A stretch of DNA of 63,900 bases, filler included, from an uncultured bacterium (GTDB taxonomy: Bacteria; DYJV01), in NCBI GenBank assembly GCA_964543655.1. It is 8 parts of 8 records of this genome, joined end to end, with 100 filler letters (N's around TTAATTAATTAA, not from the genome) between each part and the next. Parts side by side here need not be neighbours in the genome. Positions count along the whole stretch, not along the records: positions 39,062 to 46,894 come from CAZIZE010000074.1; positions 46,995 to 50,838 come from CAZIZE010000075.1; positions 50,939 to 60,152 come from CAZIZE010000079.1; 5 more parts are not named here. One strand, 5' to 3'. Both the position numbers and the translations under genes were made by a program. Positions 41,977 through 52,059 of the stretch are shown in pieces. Within the stretch, counting starts at the first letter, position 1, and the number at the start of each line of letters is the position of its first letter. The notes beneath the pieces are model-generated. The model saw only the letters and a program-made list of their open reading frames with translations, was not told the origin of the DNA and did no database searches.

Positions 41977-43332
41977 ATGGCTACTATCCTAATAGTGGAG
42001 GATGAAGACAAACTTCGAAGAATTCTTAAAATAATGTTAATGCAAAAAAATTATCATATTTTAGAAGCTGCCAATGGTAGGCAAGCTATTGAAACTTTAA
42101 AGGAAAATGATATAGATTTGGTTATTAGTGATATAAAAATGCCTGAAATGGATGGTTTTGAATTATTAGAATATATTCAAAAAGAAAATATCCCTGTACC
42201 TGTAATTTTTATAACTGCTTTTGCTACTATAGAATCAGCAGTGGAAGCTATGAAAAAGGGAGTTATTGATTATATTCAGAAACCATTTGAAGAGGAGAAA
42301 ATATTAATCACTGTTGAAAAAGCGCTTGGAATTTCAAAAATTTTACAGGAAAAGAATGAATTAAAAAAAGAGCTTGAAAACCTCAAATTACCTGTTGAGC
42401 TGATATTTGAATCTCAAAAAATGAGAGAGATAATTTTAATGTTAAAAAGGGCAATATCTTTAAACAGAACAACCTATCTTATTACAGGAGAATCAGGTGT
42501 TGGCAAAGAGGTGATTGCTCGTTTTATTCATAAAATGAGCAGTAGAAAAAACAATAGATTCATAGCATTAAATTGCAATGCCATACCAAGGGAACTTGTT
42601 GAATCTGAGCTTTTTGGTTATGAAAAAGGTGCATTTACTGGTGCTGCAAGAAGTAAAAAGGGTGCTTTTGAGCTTGCTGATGGAGGCACGCTTTTTCTTG
42701 ATGAAATTGGAGACCTACCATTTGACATTCAGGGAAAACTTTTAAGGGTTTTACAGGAAAAGAAATTTTATAAAGTTGGTGGCTCTACAGAAATATCAGT
42801 TGATGTTCAGATAATTGCAGCAACCAATAAAAATCTTCAACAGCTTGTTGAGGAGAAAAATTTTAGAGAAGACCTCTTTTACAGACTCAATGTGATTCCT
42901 GTTCATATTCCAGCATTGAGGGAGAGAAGAGAAGACATTTTACCACTATCAAATTTTTTTATTAAAGAGCTTTCTCAGGGAGATTATAATGAATTTTTTA
43001 CAGAAAATGCAAAAAAAATTATTCTCTCATACACCTATCCTGGAAATATTAGAGAATTAAAGAATATAATAGAACGAGCATGGATTCTTGCTGGAGGCAA
43101 ATTGCCAATAAATGCGGAGCATCTTAAATTTTTAAAATTGTCTGATTCACCAAAAAAATTAAATGGTAATATACTATTGCCAGATAATGGAATAAACCTT
43201 GAAGAGCTTGAAAAGGAATTAATAAAACAAGCTCTTGATAAAACAGGTGGTAATAAAAGTGCAGCAGCACGACTACTTGGCCTTACAAGGTCAAAGTTAA
43301 GAACCAGAGTAAAAATGTTAGAAGGGAAGTAG
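41977..43332 (+). CDS. NtrC-family sigma54-dependent response regulator
   Basis: Receiver domain, [27 protein letters not shown], Fis-type HTH. Confidence 0.95.
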   Translation: MATILIVEDEDKLRRILKIMLMQKNYHILEAANGRQAIETLKENDIDLVISDIKMPEMDGFELLEYIQKENIPVPVIFITAFATIESAVEAMKKGVIDYIQKPFEEEKILITVEKALGISKILQEKNELKKELENLKLPVELIFESQKMREIILMLKRAISLNRTTYLITGESGVGKEVIARFIHKMSSRKNNRFIALNCNAIPRELVESELFGYEKGAFTGAARSKKGAFELADGGTLFLDEIGDLPFDIQGKLLRVLQEKKFYKVGGSTEISVDVQIIAATNKNLQQLVEEKNFREDLFYRLNVIPVHIPALRERREDILPLSNFFIKELSQGDYNEFFTENAKKIILSYTYPGNIRELKNIIERAWILAGGKLPINAEHLKFLKLSDSPKKLNGNILLPDNGINLEELEKELIKQALDKTGGNKSAAARLLGLTRSKLRTRVKMLEGK

Positions 43333-45252
43333 ATGAAAAGAATAATTTTTGCTTATGTTGAAATTGTTTTTATATTTCTAATTATTCTCTCAATAAATCT
43401 TTCAGGTAAAAACATTAACGACACTCTATTTTTTGTTGGCGAAGATACTGATGTTATAACCATAGCTTCTGGCAGACCTGAAAATCCTGCTAAAGCACCT
43501 GCCTCTAATAAACTTATAAAAGATTTTTCAACATATACAAATTTTAAAGATGCTCTTACAAATATTCCTGGTTTTTATATAGATGACACTAATCAGAGAA
43601 CAAAACTTTACTTTAGAGGTATCCCGGATTCTCTACTGTTCTTATATGATGGCGTGCCAATTACCTCAGACCTCACAAGAAGTGTTGTGCCACTTAATAA
43701 TGACCTACCTTTAAAAAACCTTTCAAAAATAGAAGTTGTTTATGGAGCATCTTCAGTGCTCTGGGGACCGGATGCATTTGCTGGTGTTATGAACGCTGTA
43801 CTAAAAAAAGGTTCTGAAATTAATGGTATAAATATTTCTGCTTCAGGCAATAGCTTTAATAGAGAGAAAAATGTTTTCATTGAAGGGGGAAAATTATTTA
43901 ACAAATTCAATGCAATGTTTTCCCTCTATTATCAGAATCTTGAGAAAAAATTTAAAACAAAATATGCACACAAAAGTTATAATCTTGATTTTGCAACTAA
44001 ATTAATCTATAATAATGAATTAAACTTTACTCTTCGCCTTTCAAATAGTAAAAATAGATTTATTAATTCCTACAAAGAGTATTTCTGGAATTCTGAGAAT
44101 AACAAACCTTTTAATCTTGCCAAGCTTGAGTACAATAAAAAATTTATACACTCTTCCATTGATATAAAAACTTACTATCTTGATATGGACTTTACATCCA
44201 GAGAAAGCAATATTACAATACACCAGAGAAATAAAGTATATTACGCAGGTATACTATACAGTAGAGATCTGTTTGATAATACAGCGATGATAACATTAGG
44301 TTACAATTACAGAAAAAATAAAATAGATAATTCTGATGCTGTTGTTAGAAGTTTCATTCCAGATTATATTATCAATAACTCCACTTTTTATCCACTTATT
44401 GACAAAGTTTCTGTTAATACTTATTTAAACTCATACTTTGCTCAATTTAGGAAACATTTTAAAAATGTAGAAACATGGTTTGGATACAGGAAAGATTTTC
44501 ATTCCAAATATGATAATACTGACAGTTTTAACATTGGAACAGGATATTTTAAAAATAAATTTATATTTAAAATAAATTATGGGCTTTCATACAGAACACC
44601 TTTTCCAAAAGAATTTCTCCAAAGAAGTAAGGTTATTCCTGAAAAAGTTTACAACCTCAATATAGAAGGAAGATACAAAGGATATTCTTTAATGTTTTTC
44701 AGGAATAGAATAAAAAATTTAATTTTAGAAGATTCATATGCAGGTTATTCAAAAAAATTATCAGCAAATATTTACGGAATTCAAGCTGGTGTAAAAGGTA
44801 AGTTTAGCAAAAATATCTCTTACTACATTAATGGCACTTTTATTTTAAATAACAACCTTGAAAATGAGTATTACAAATTACTTGATTATATAATTGTAAC
44901 ACCTGATTTTCAAATAGAAAAATTTTACAAAACATTAAGCAAGCCTCTTGACATAGGAGCCAAAAGATTTGGAAATGCAGGTATAATTTATACCAAGAAA
45001 AACTTTAAATGCTACCTGACAATGAATTACACAGGAGATAGAGTTTACTACTTTTTACCAGAAGATAAAAAAATAAAAGTGGGCAATAAAGTAATTTTTA
45101 ATGCTGGTTTTAATGTTACTAACTTGAATAATTTTAATATTAAAATATTTGCTGAAAATATATTCAATACAAGATATATGCTTCCAGGGAATTATGAGCC
45201 TGAGAAAAACAGACCTTTCAATTTTATTATAAAAATAGGATACAAATTTTAA
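43333..45252 (+). CDS. TonB-dependent receptor
   Basis: Plug domain (FRG..LFLYDGVP, IEVVYGASSVLWGPDAFAGVMN) and beta-barrel ending ENIFN..Y...IGYKF. Confidence 0.9.
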   Translation: MKRIIFAYVEIVFIFLIILSINLSGKNINDTLFFVGEDTDVITIASGRPENPAKAPASNKLIKDFSTYTNFKDALTNIPGFYIDDTNQRTKLYFRGIPDSLLFLYDGVPITSDLTRSVVPLNNDLPLKNLSKIEVVYGASSVLWGPDAFAGVMNAVLKKGSEINGINISASGNSFNREKNVFIEGGKLFNKFNAMFSLYYQNLEKKFKTKYAHKSYNLDFATKLIYNNELNFTLRLSNSKNRFINSYKEYFWNSENNKPFNLAKLEYNKKFIHSSIDIKTYYLDMDFTSRESNITIHQRNKVYYAGILYSRDLFDNTAMITLGYNYRKNKIDNSDAVVRSFIPDYIINNSTFYPLIDKVSVNTYLNSYFAQFRKHFKNVETWFGYRKDFHSKYDNTDSFNIGTGYFKNKFIFKINYGLSYRTPFPKEFLQRSKVIPEKVYNLNIEGRYKGYSLMFFRNRIKNLILEDSYAGYSKKLSANIYGIQAGVKGKFSKNISYYINGTFILNNNLENEYYKLLDYIIVTPDFQIEKFYKTLSKPLDIGAKRFGNAGIIYTKKNFKCYLTMNYTGDRVYYFLPEDKKIKVGNKVIFNAGFNVTNLNNFNIKIFAENIFNTRYMLPGNYEPEKNRPFNFIIKIGYKF

Positions 45253-45257
45253 CAAAC

Positions 45258-45292
45258 TGGTCAAATTTAACCACCCTGGCTCAATATAGCCA
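45258..45292. promoter_or_regulatory. Tandem palindromic candidate enhancer sites for a sigma54 activator
   Basis: TGGTCAAATTTAACCA and TGGCTCAATATAGCCA (TGGY-N8-RCCA), 19 nt apart start to start. Confidence 0.5.
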
Positions 45293-45297
45293 ATAAA

Positions 45298-45325
45298 TTA
45301 GTCATTAGTCGTTAGTCAATAGTCC
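45298..45325 (+). repeat. Heptamer tandem repeat (TTAGTCA)x4
   Basis: ttagtca ttagtcg ttagtca atagtcc. Confidence 0.8.
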
Positions 45326-45427
45326 CTAATCTTTAAAAATAATATAAAACCAAATGCAAAACCCAATAGTAATTTTTTTATAACTGCTTCTATTTAGCAT
45401 AAAAGCAGTGATTTTGAGGGGGTTGGC

Positions 45428-45448
45428 CCGAAAAATCTCTTGATTTAA
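45428..45448 (+). repeat. Dispersed 21-nt repeat, identical copy at 63812-63832
   Basis: CCGAAAAATCTCTTGATTTAA occurs in both intergenic regions. Confidence 0.85.
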
Positions 45449-45459
45449 AGTTTTGTATA

Positions 45460-45484
45460 AGGGCAATTCATGAATTGCCCCTAC
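45460..45484. repeat. REP-like palindrome
   Basis: GGGCAATTCATGAATTGCCC perfect palindrome followed by CTAC (GTAG end on the minus strand), as in GTAG-family REPs. Confidence 0.7.
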
Positions 45485-45525
45485 TAAATCCTAATCCCTA
45501 AATCCCAAATCCTAAATCCTAACTA
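45484..45525 (+). repeat. Heptamer tandem repeat (CTAAATC)x~6
   Basis: ctaaatc ctaatcc ctaaatc ccaaatc ctaaatc ctaacta. Confidence 0.8.
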
Positions 45526-45667
45526 AAGCCCTCAGAGTTACAACAACGCTGTTATTCTAACCCTGAGCAAAGCGAAGGGGAAGAATCCATTATAATTGCC
45601 TGTTTTTACATATATATTTATTCTATAAAATTTTGTTATTTTTTACCGTGCAAGCTTTAAAAGTGTG

Positions 45668-45710
45668 TTTCAACGTTGAACTATGAACTTTGAACCGTGA
45701 ATCTGTATAA
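45668..45710 (+). repeat. TGAAC-core heptamer repeat element, related copies at 60815-60848 (reverse), 61398-61425 and ~63763-63795
   Basis: tttcaacgttgaactatgaactttgaaccgtgaatctgtataa versus tttcaacgttgaactttgaactgtataa. Confidence 0.75.
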
Positions 45711-45748
45711 TCAATAGGCTCTACATTTATTCTCCATCCCCTTCACAT

Positions 45749-45764
45749 TGGCACTTAATTTGCA
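45749..45764 (+). promoter_or_regulatory. sigma54 (-24/-12) promoter
   Basis: TGGCACTTAATTTGCA, near-perfect consensus. Confidence 0.82.
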
Positions 45765-45777
45765 TTATAAAAATACC

Positions 45778-46404
45778 ATGATGAGAAAATTTATCTTTTT
45801 TACACTATTTTTTATAATATTTTCAATTACTATCAATATTTTTCCAGCTAAGAGCGAGACTTTTAGCACAGTGGATATTGTTCCATATCCACAGATAGTG
45901 GATAAAATTAACCAGTTTAGAGAGAATCCTTTTGGTTATATTTATGTTCATAGAGAAAATTTTCCTGATATTAATGATACTGTTCGTAAGTCCTTATTTG
46001 ATTTATGGCGTGATAATAAGCCTAATTACATAACTGGCGGATTGCCAATATTACAATATGATAGCTGCCTTGAGGATATTGCTGAAAGCAATTTATACAG
46101 TATGTATGATTCCATGACAATATCACACATAAGCAGAGAAGAGATAAAGGAGAGGTGCAATGTTACCTTATCAGGAGAGACTGTTATTGCCATAGCTTTT
46201 CAAAATTACTTAACACCATCAGATTTTTATAAAAAGATAAGCTCATTGATAATTAGAAAAGCTATCACTCTATCAGACAATGAAACTGCACCTATTACAA
46301 TGCCATTTAACATAGCTGGCAGCGCACTTTTTAGTGGAGTTATGAAAGTAAATGGAGTAAGTTACAACATTTACATTCTTGATATTATTTATGGCTCTAA
46401 ATAA
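45778..46404 (+). CDS. Exported protein with degenerate CAP/SCP-like domain
   Basis: Signal peptide, INQFRENP, LPILQYD..LE.IA....SM...SH, GET. Start corrected because the TTG at 45748 lies inside the promoter. Confidence 0.55.
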   Translation: MMRKFIFFTLFFIIFSITINIFPAKSETFSTVDIVPYPQIVDKINQFRENPFGYIYVHRENFPDINDTVRKSLFDLWRDNKPNYITGGLPILQYDSCLEDIAESNLYSMYDSMTISHISREEIKERCNVTLSGETVIAIAFQNYLTPSDFYKKISSLIIRKAITLSDNETAPITMPFNIAGSALFSGVMKVNGVSYNIYILDIIYGSK

Positions 46405-46558
46405 AATTTTAACTTGAAATTTGTTTGTTTTTATGTTTTAATAGAGACAAAATCTTTAAAATTAAAAAAGAAAGGAGGTGGTTAAAGGATAACCGCAAGA
46501 GTTTATAGTTTCAATGTATAGTAGTATCAAAAAATTAATAAATTAAGGAGGAAATTAA

Positions 46559-46894
46559 ATGAAGAAAAGATTACTTGTAATTTTAGCTACTATTTTCATG
46601 ATGATGTTTAGTAGCAGTTTATTTGCAAAAACCACCACAGTTAGTGGGCAATTTATTCTTGATAAAACATCAATTGGAGCTACTGATTATTCCAGATATG
46701 TGCTACTTACTATTTTAGGTCTTAATAAAGATGGTCAAGTAGATAGGTATGCTGAGCAATATGGTGCTACTATTTATGCTGTGGTTACAACAAATATCGG
46801 TGAAATTGATAACGGTAGTAGTTCTGGTGCTAGTCCAACAGAAGGTAGTTTTTCAGCTGCTGGAACAGTTAGGTATATAAAACTTACAAATGGA
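46559..46894 (+). CDS. Exported protein (possible S-layer/surface protein), 3' truncated
   Basis: Sec signal peptide ending LFA, strong SD, S/T/G-rich sequence. Confidence 0.6.
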
Positions 46895-46994
46895 NNNNNN
46901 NNNNNNNNNNNNNNNNNNNNNNNNNNNNNNNNNNNNNNTTAATTAATTAANNNNNNNNNNNNNNNNNNNNNNNNNNNNNNNNNNNNNNNNNNNN
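46895..46994. other. Artificial contig linker
   Basis: N44-TTAATTAATTAA-N44. Confidence 0.98.
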
Positions 46995-49900
46995 ACATAA
47001 TAATCTGAGTTTACATATTCAAGGTTAATTTTATAAGGTTTAAAAGCTTTATACTGTATTGTCCCTCTCAGGTATGAAGCAGATACTGATTGACCAAAAT
47101 TAGAAGTAATTTTACTTACATTTCCTGTTACTGGATTATAAAAATACCACCCTGACTCAGGTTTCACCAGTGGTACTGTGTATGTTAATTTTAAATATTG
47201 TGTATTGTAACCATCAAGAACAGAAATATCTTTAAAATCTCCAAGAGTATCACTTTCGCCAACTTTTAGATAAATTTCAGCAATTATATCATCAACATTT
47301 TTATTTAAAATTTTATTTACATTAAATAGATAATTACAATCTGAGTATATTGAACTATCAAAAGTGGCAAGCGTGGTGCCAAGATTATCTTTAATTATAA
47401 TTTTGTCAATCCTTATTTTTGTTTTACCTTGAAATCCAGTAATACCAAGAGGAATTTCAGGTGTTACTGCAAAAGGTAATCCACCATAAGCATCATAAAT
47501 ATTTTGTGCTGTTTCTGGTAGGTCAATAATATCAAGTGGATCCCAGGTTGTCTCAACAGAATAGTAGTATGCACCGAGACCTTTAACTGAAAGTCCCATC
47601 TGTTTTAAGCTATAAATCTTATTATCTTGCTCTTCTCCAAGAAAACTTAAATTAATAGTGAATACACCAAACATTGTCTTTACTTTATATCCATCAGAAA
47701 TAGGTGTGGATGGCCATTCTGCTAAAATTGCATATGGAACAACTGCCACATTTTCTGACCTGTTGTATGATTTTAAATTAGAAGGAGTTGCTGCTTCAAG
47801 CTCAACATCCATTTCATTTAAAAGCCCAGCTTTAATGGTAAAATTCTTTTTGTAAGTTTTAAAATCTGAAGCAGTAATTTCCACAGAGTAAGTGCCTTTT
47901 TCCATACTGCCTGTATAAACTCCATTGGATATTGTTATTTCTGAGGTGGAATTGCTTTTGGTAAATTTTGCTGTAGCTGTTGTGGGGATATAGCCAGCAT
48001 TGGAACTTAATTTGATTTTTATATCACCTATGTCAGTTTTTTCAGTAATAAAATTCTTTTCTGAATTGCCACCTACAGAAATAGTCACATTATCCTCTAT
48101 TCTTTTATAATTTTCCTTTTCCAGTTTTAACCTGTAAGTGCCTGAAGGTAAATTTGAAATAATAGCAGGAGATGAGCTGATTTTTATATGTTTGTTCACT
48201 TTATTGCCTGTAATGTATAAATCAATGTTTGTAACTGGTTTTTCTTCATTATTTTCATCAATATAGCTTACTTCAACTGTTAAATTTCCCCAGGTGTTAA
48301 GATAAATAGGAACAGTAGAGTAGGGAGAAATATCTATTTTGTATGGATCATTACTATCTCTCTGAATTGATATTTCTTGTTCACCAATGTTGTAACCTGA
48401 TTTTTCACATTTAATAATATAAGATTTTCCAATTGGTACATTTAAAAACTTATTTGAAACAGCAGTTGATACAAATTCTCCACTACTTTTATCATACAAT
48501 TTACAAACTGCATCATTAATTCTTGGTAGGTAAAATTGGTGCTCCTCATCAAAACTTTCATCATATACCTTGATATAAACTGTGGTGTCAGTAGGTACAG
48601 GTCTTACATGTATTACTGGAGTTATTTTGTTATTAACATCTGAAAGTTCGTTGGTTACTCCCTGAACACTTAAAACCACATTAGGAAATTCAGGTGTATT
48701 AACATTATCAGGAGAATACTCAAATGTAAATTTTTTAGATTCAAATGGAGATAATGAGCCGATATTTTTAGATAAAATCTGGGTGCCATCTATTTTAACA
48801 TTTACATTCCCATCACTTGATTGATTATCTGAAATATTAAAAACCTCAAAAGAGCAGGAAATAGAATCTCCTACATTAACATTATTTGATGGTGTGCATG
48901 AAAACTGACCTTCAGATAAAACTATATCAGGCAGGTTTCTAAATAGATTGCTATGTGAAATTGTATTTGAATAATAAAGATAGTTGTTAGAGCCAAAATC
49001 TGTTGCTGCCATATGTAAATTTCCATTACTATCCTGACAATAACAATGATAATATAGGTCTTTATTTGTTATTTTCCCTGGTTCTTCAACAATTCTATCA
49101 AGAGCACTATTTACAAACATTTCGTAAGTATTATGGTTGTAATAGTAGTTAATTAAAAGGTTATCTCCTTTTTTAAATATATAAAAAGGCTCATTATCAA
49201 CACCACCTGTATTAATTTTAAATGGAGTTTTTAATAATTTACCATCTGTTGATAATTTTACAATTGAAATTGAAGGTGGATTAAGAGTGTTATCCTTGAA
49301 TCCTGCAAAAATAGAGTTATTATCAATTAAAACAGATATATGTGAGTAATTCTTCCCAATTTCTGTAATTATTCCAGTAAAAGAATTTCCATTTATAGGA
49401 TTGAATCTAAAATATTTCAAAAAATAATTTGTTTTTAGAGTAATATTTTTTTCATTCCAGAAAAGATGAACTATTCCTTGATTATCCACAGAAATAACAG
49501 GCAATTTTGTGTAAAGCTCATCACTTTCTTTAATTTTTTTCCCTTTATAATATTCCTTAACTTGCGCTGAAATAGCAGATGGCTGAAACAAAATATCACC
49601 ATCTGTAGTTACTGCACATAAAAAAATGCATCTGTAATAAACTGTTTTTTTATTATAATCATTTTCATCATAATCGGTGAGATAGGTAGCACTTCCTGTA
49701 AAATAGATTTTATCATTATAAACTGCAGCACTAAAATTTTTAGGAAAATATGTGTTCGTCCATTTATATATTAGTTTGTTAAACTCAATTTCTCCATTAT
49801 TTTTGATTTTAGATAAATATATCCCTCTTGTATTATGCCTTGAAAAGTATAGTATAAAAATATTGTCATTTTTATCAACAACAATAGCTGGTAAATAATC

Positions 49901-50569
49901 AGGAAACGAGTAAAATTCAAATGGTATTTTCATTGCAGCTGTAATTATATTACCACTTTTGTCAAATTTAAAATAATACACCTCATTGTTGCTTTTATAA
50001 GTAAAGAGATGTAAATAATTGGTACCTGCTATAAAAGCAAATGGTCTGTAATGATCTTTGTAAATCTTTTTCAAAGGATTCCATGTTAAAATAGAGTTTT
50101 CAGTAGTTGTGTTATCATTACTTGAGCCTGGAGAGGTGTTGTTATCCTCTATCTCTCCTGGTATGTTTAAAGTGTAAATATTACTCTCTATTTTTCCATA
50201 ACTATCTACAACAGCAGAGAGAATTTTATAACCTCCTGTTTTAAATATTGATAGATATGGAAAATTAAAAACAGGGTATTTATCCACTTTAATAATTTTT
50301 AAATTTCTAACTAAGGGAGAAATACCTTTAACAACACCTTTTAAAGTTATACTGTAATAATCATTATCAGGTGTTAAAAATACAATGTAAATATCTCCTT
50401 TAAGATTATCTTTGTTACTGCTTAAAGAGAAGAGTAGCTTCAAAGGCTCATTCTCTGTATATTTACTTTTTTCAGGTGATAGATTAAGGGAAACATTTAT
50501 ATCTGATGCAAAAGAGTTAAAACAGAGATAAAAGGAAAAAATCACTAATAAAATAAAAATTTTTCTCAT
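46995..50569 (-). CDS. Large exported multi-domain surface protein (Ig-like N-domain, beta-propeller-like region, CARDB, PEGA/carboxypeptidase-regulatory repeats), probably 3' truncated
   Basis: Signal peptide, DNNTSPGSSNDNTTT linker, IVVDKNDNIFI/ISVDNQGIVHLFW blades, LPDIVL...VFNI..NELSDVNN, NLPSGTYRLKLEKENY. Confidence 0.7.
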
Positions 50570-50729
50570 TGTCCCTCTCCTTAATTTTTTAATGTATAAG
50601 CATAGATAGATGTTAGTGGGGAAAAAATAATGGAGATAATCAATAAAATTTTAATCATTTTTTATCCAATCAAAAGCATATATTATAGAAATAGTATATT
50701 TTTTTTAATAGGTCAAGTATTTAGATTTT

Positions 50730-50837
50730 TTATAACAAGGTTCTTAGATAAACTATTTTATCCCTGAGCTCTGCTGCTTTTTCAAATTCCAATTTGTCTG
50801 CAAATTCTTTCATCTCTTTTTCAAGTTTTTTTATAAG
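50730..50837 (-). CDS. uvrB: UVR-domain C-terminus, probably excinuclease ABC subunit B
   Basis: LIKKLEKEMKEFADKLEFEKAAELRDKIVYLRTLL*, 5' part cut by the linker. Confidence 0.75.
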   Translation of the reverse strand, partial: LIKKLEKEMKEFADKLEFEKAAELRDKIVYLRTLL

Positions 50838-50838
50838 C

Positions 50839-50938
50839 NNNNNNNNNNNNNNNNNNNNNNNNNNNNNNNNNNNNNNNNNNNNTTAATTAATTAANNNNNN
50901 NNNNNNNNNNNNNNNNNNNNNNNNNNNNNNNNNNNNNN
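50839..50938. other. Artificial contig linker
   Basis: N44-TTAATTAATTAA-N44. Confidence 0.98.
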
Positions 50939-51008
50939 AGGTGAAAAGAATCTACATTGAAAAATAGCTAAAGATGTGATAATTTTTTTAAAAAACTTTG
51001 GAGGTATT

Positions 51009-51152
51009 ATGAGGATTTGTTGCAAAGAGTATTCTATGGAGATGGAGTTATTTGCTTTAAAAAAGAAGCTTGCTGAGAATAGAGTTTCTGAAAAAGAAAA
51101 AGAGATAATAAAAAAGAGAATTAAAGAAATAGAGAAAAAATTAAATATGTAA
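51009..51152 (+). CDS. Small 47-aa hypothetical protein (absent from the ORF track)
   Basis: GGAGG SD, MRICCKEYSMEMELFALKKKLAENRVSEKEKEIIKKRIKEIEKKLNM, stop 7 nt before the next gene. Confidence 0.7.
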   Translation: MRICCKEYSMEMELFALKKKLAENRVSEKEKEIIKKRIKEIEKKLNM

Positions 51153-51159
51153 AGAGAGG

Positions 51160-52056
51160 TTGAATTTGAAGTGTAAATTTTGCAATAATGAAGCTGTTGT
51201 TAAAAGAGATAGAAAAAATATTTGTAAAGAGCATTTTAACCAATATTATTATAATAGAGTGAAAAAATCTTTAAAAAATACGCCAGTAAGGGATAAAAAG
51301 CTTTTAATTGCTATCTCAGGTGGAAAAGATTCAGTTGCTATTTTACATGCTTTGAATTTTTTGAAAGAAAAATATAAATTTAACATAGAAGCAATTTTTA
51401 TTGACCTTGGAATTGATGATTTTAGTAAAGAAAGTTTAGAAATTTCTCAGAATTTATGTGAACAATTAAAAATTACTCTAAATATTTTTATTTTAAGCAG
51501 AGAATATAGATTTAAAATTCCTGAATTATCAAAAATTACAAAAAAAGTTTGCAGTTTATGTGGCACAGTTAAAAGATATATTTTAAATAAATTTGCCTGG
51601 GAAAATTCTTTTGATTTTATTATTACAGGCCACAATATGGATGATGAAATAATTTTTTTAAACCAGAATATTTTAAGTGGAAGTGTTGAATATGTGAAAA
51701 GATATTGCTATTATTATACTCCCACTCTAAAAGATAAAAAACTTGTTGGAAAGATAAAGCCACAATTTTTCATATCAGAAGATGATAATATAAATTATTG
51801 CAGGGTTAACAACATAGATTATGTGTCTTCTGCATGTCCATATTCAGAGAAATCACCTCATAAGGTATTGGAGCAGGGAATAGATTTTTTTAACAGCAAA
51901 ATGAATTATTCTTTAAGTTTTTTGCAGTTTTTTTTAAAAATTAATAAGTTTTTACCAGAAAAAGAGATAGATTTTAAATTTTGCAACCAATGTGGCTTTC
52001 CAACTACAAATTTCGAAACATGTAAATTTTGTAAAATTAGTATGGAGTTTCAGTAA
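51160..52056 (+). CDS. TtuA/TtcA-family tRNA thiolation PP-loop ATPase
   Basis: SGGKDS, CSLC, TGHNMDD, CPY, with N- and C-terminal zinc fingers (TtuA/Ncs6 architecture). Confidence 0.85.
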   Translation: MNLKCKFCNNEAVVKRDRKNICKEHFNQYYYNRVKKSLKNTPVRDKKLLIAISGGKDSVAILHALNFLKEKYKFNIEAIFIDLGIDDFSKESLEISQNLCEQLKITLNIFILSREYRFKIPELSKITKKVCSLCGTVKRYILNKFAWENSFDFIITGHNMDDEIIFLNQNILSGSVEYVKRYCYYYTPTLKDKKLVGKIKPQFFISEDDNINYCRVNNIDYVSSACPYSEKSPHKVLEQGIDFFNSKMNYSLSFLQFFLKINKFLPEKEIDFKFCNQCGFPTTNFETCKFCKISMEFQ

Positions 52057-52059
52057 TAT

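Noticed and set aside
45298-45710. Possible CRISPR array
   Set aside because: Units are 7-nt tandem repeats with no unique spacers, and no cas genes are present.
46559-50569. Treating the two exported proteins flanking the 46895 linker as one locus
   Set aside because: They are on different contigs, so the adjacency is artificial.
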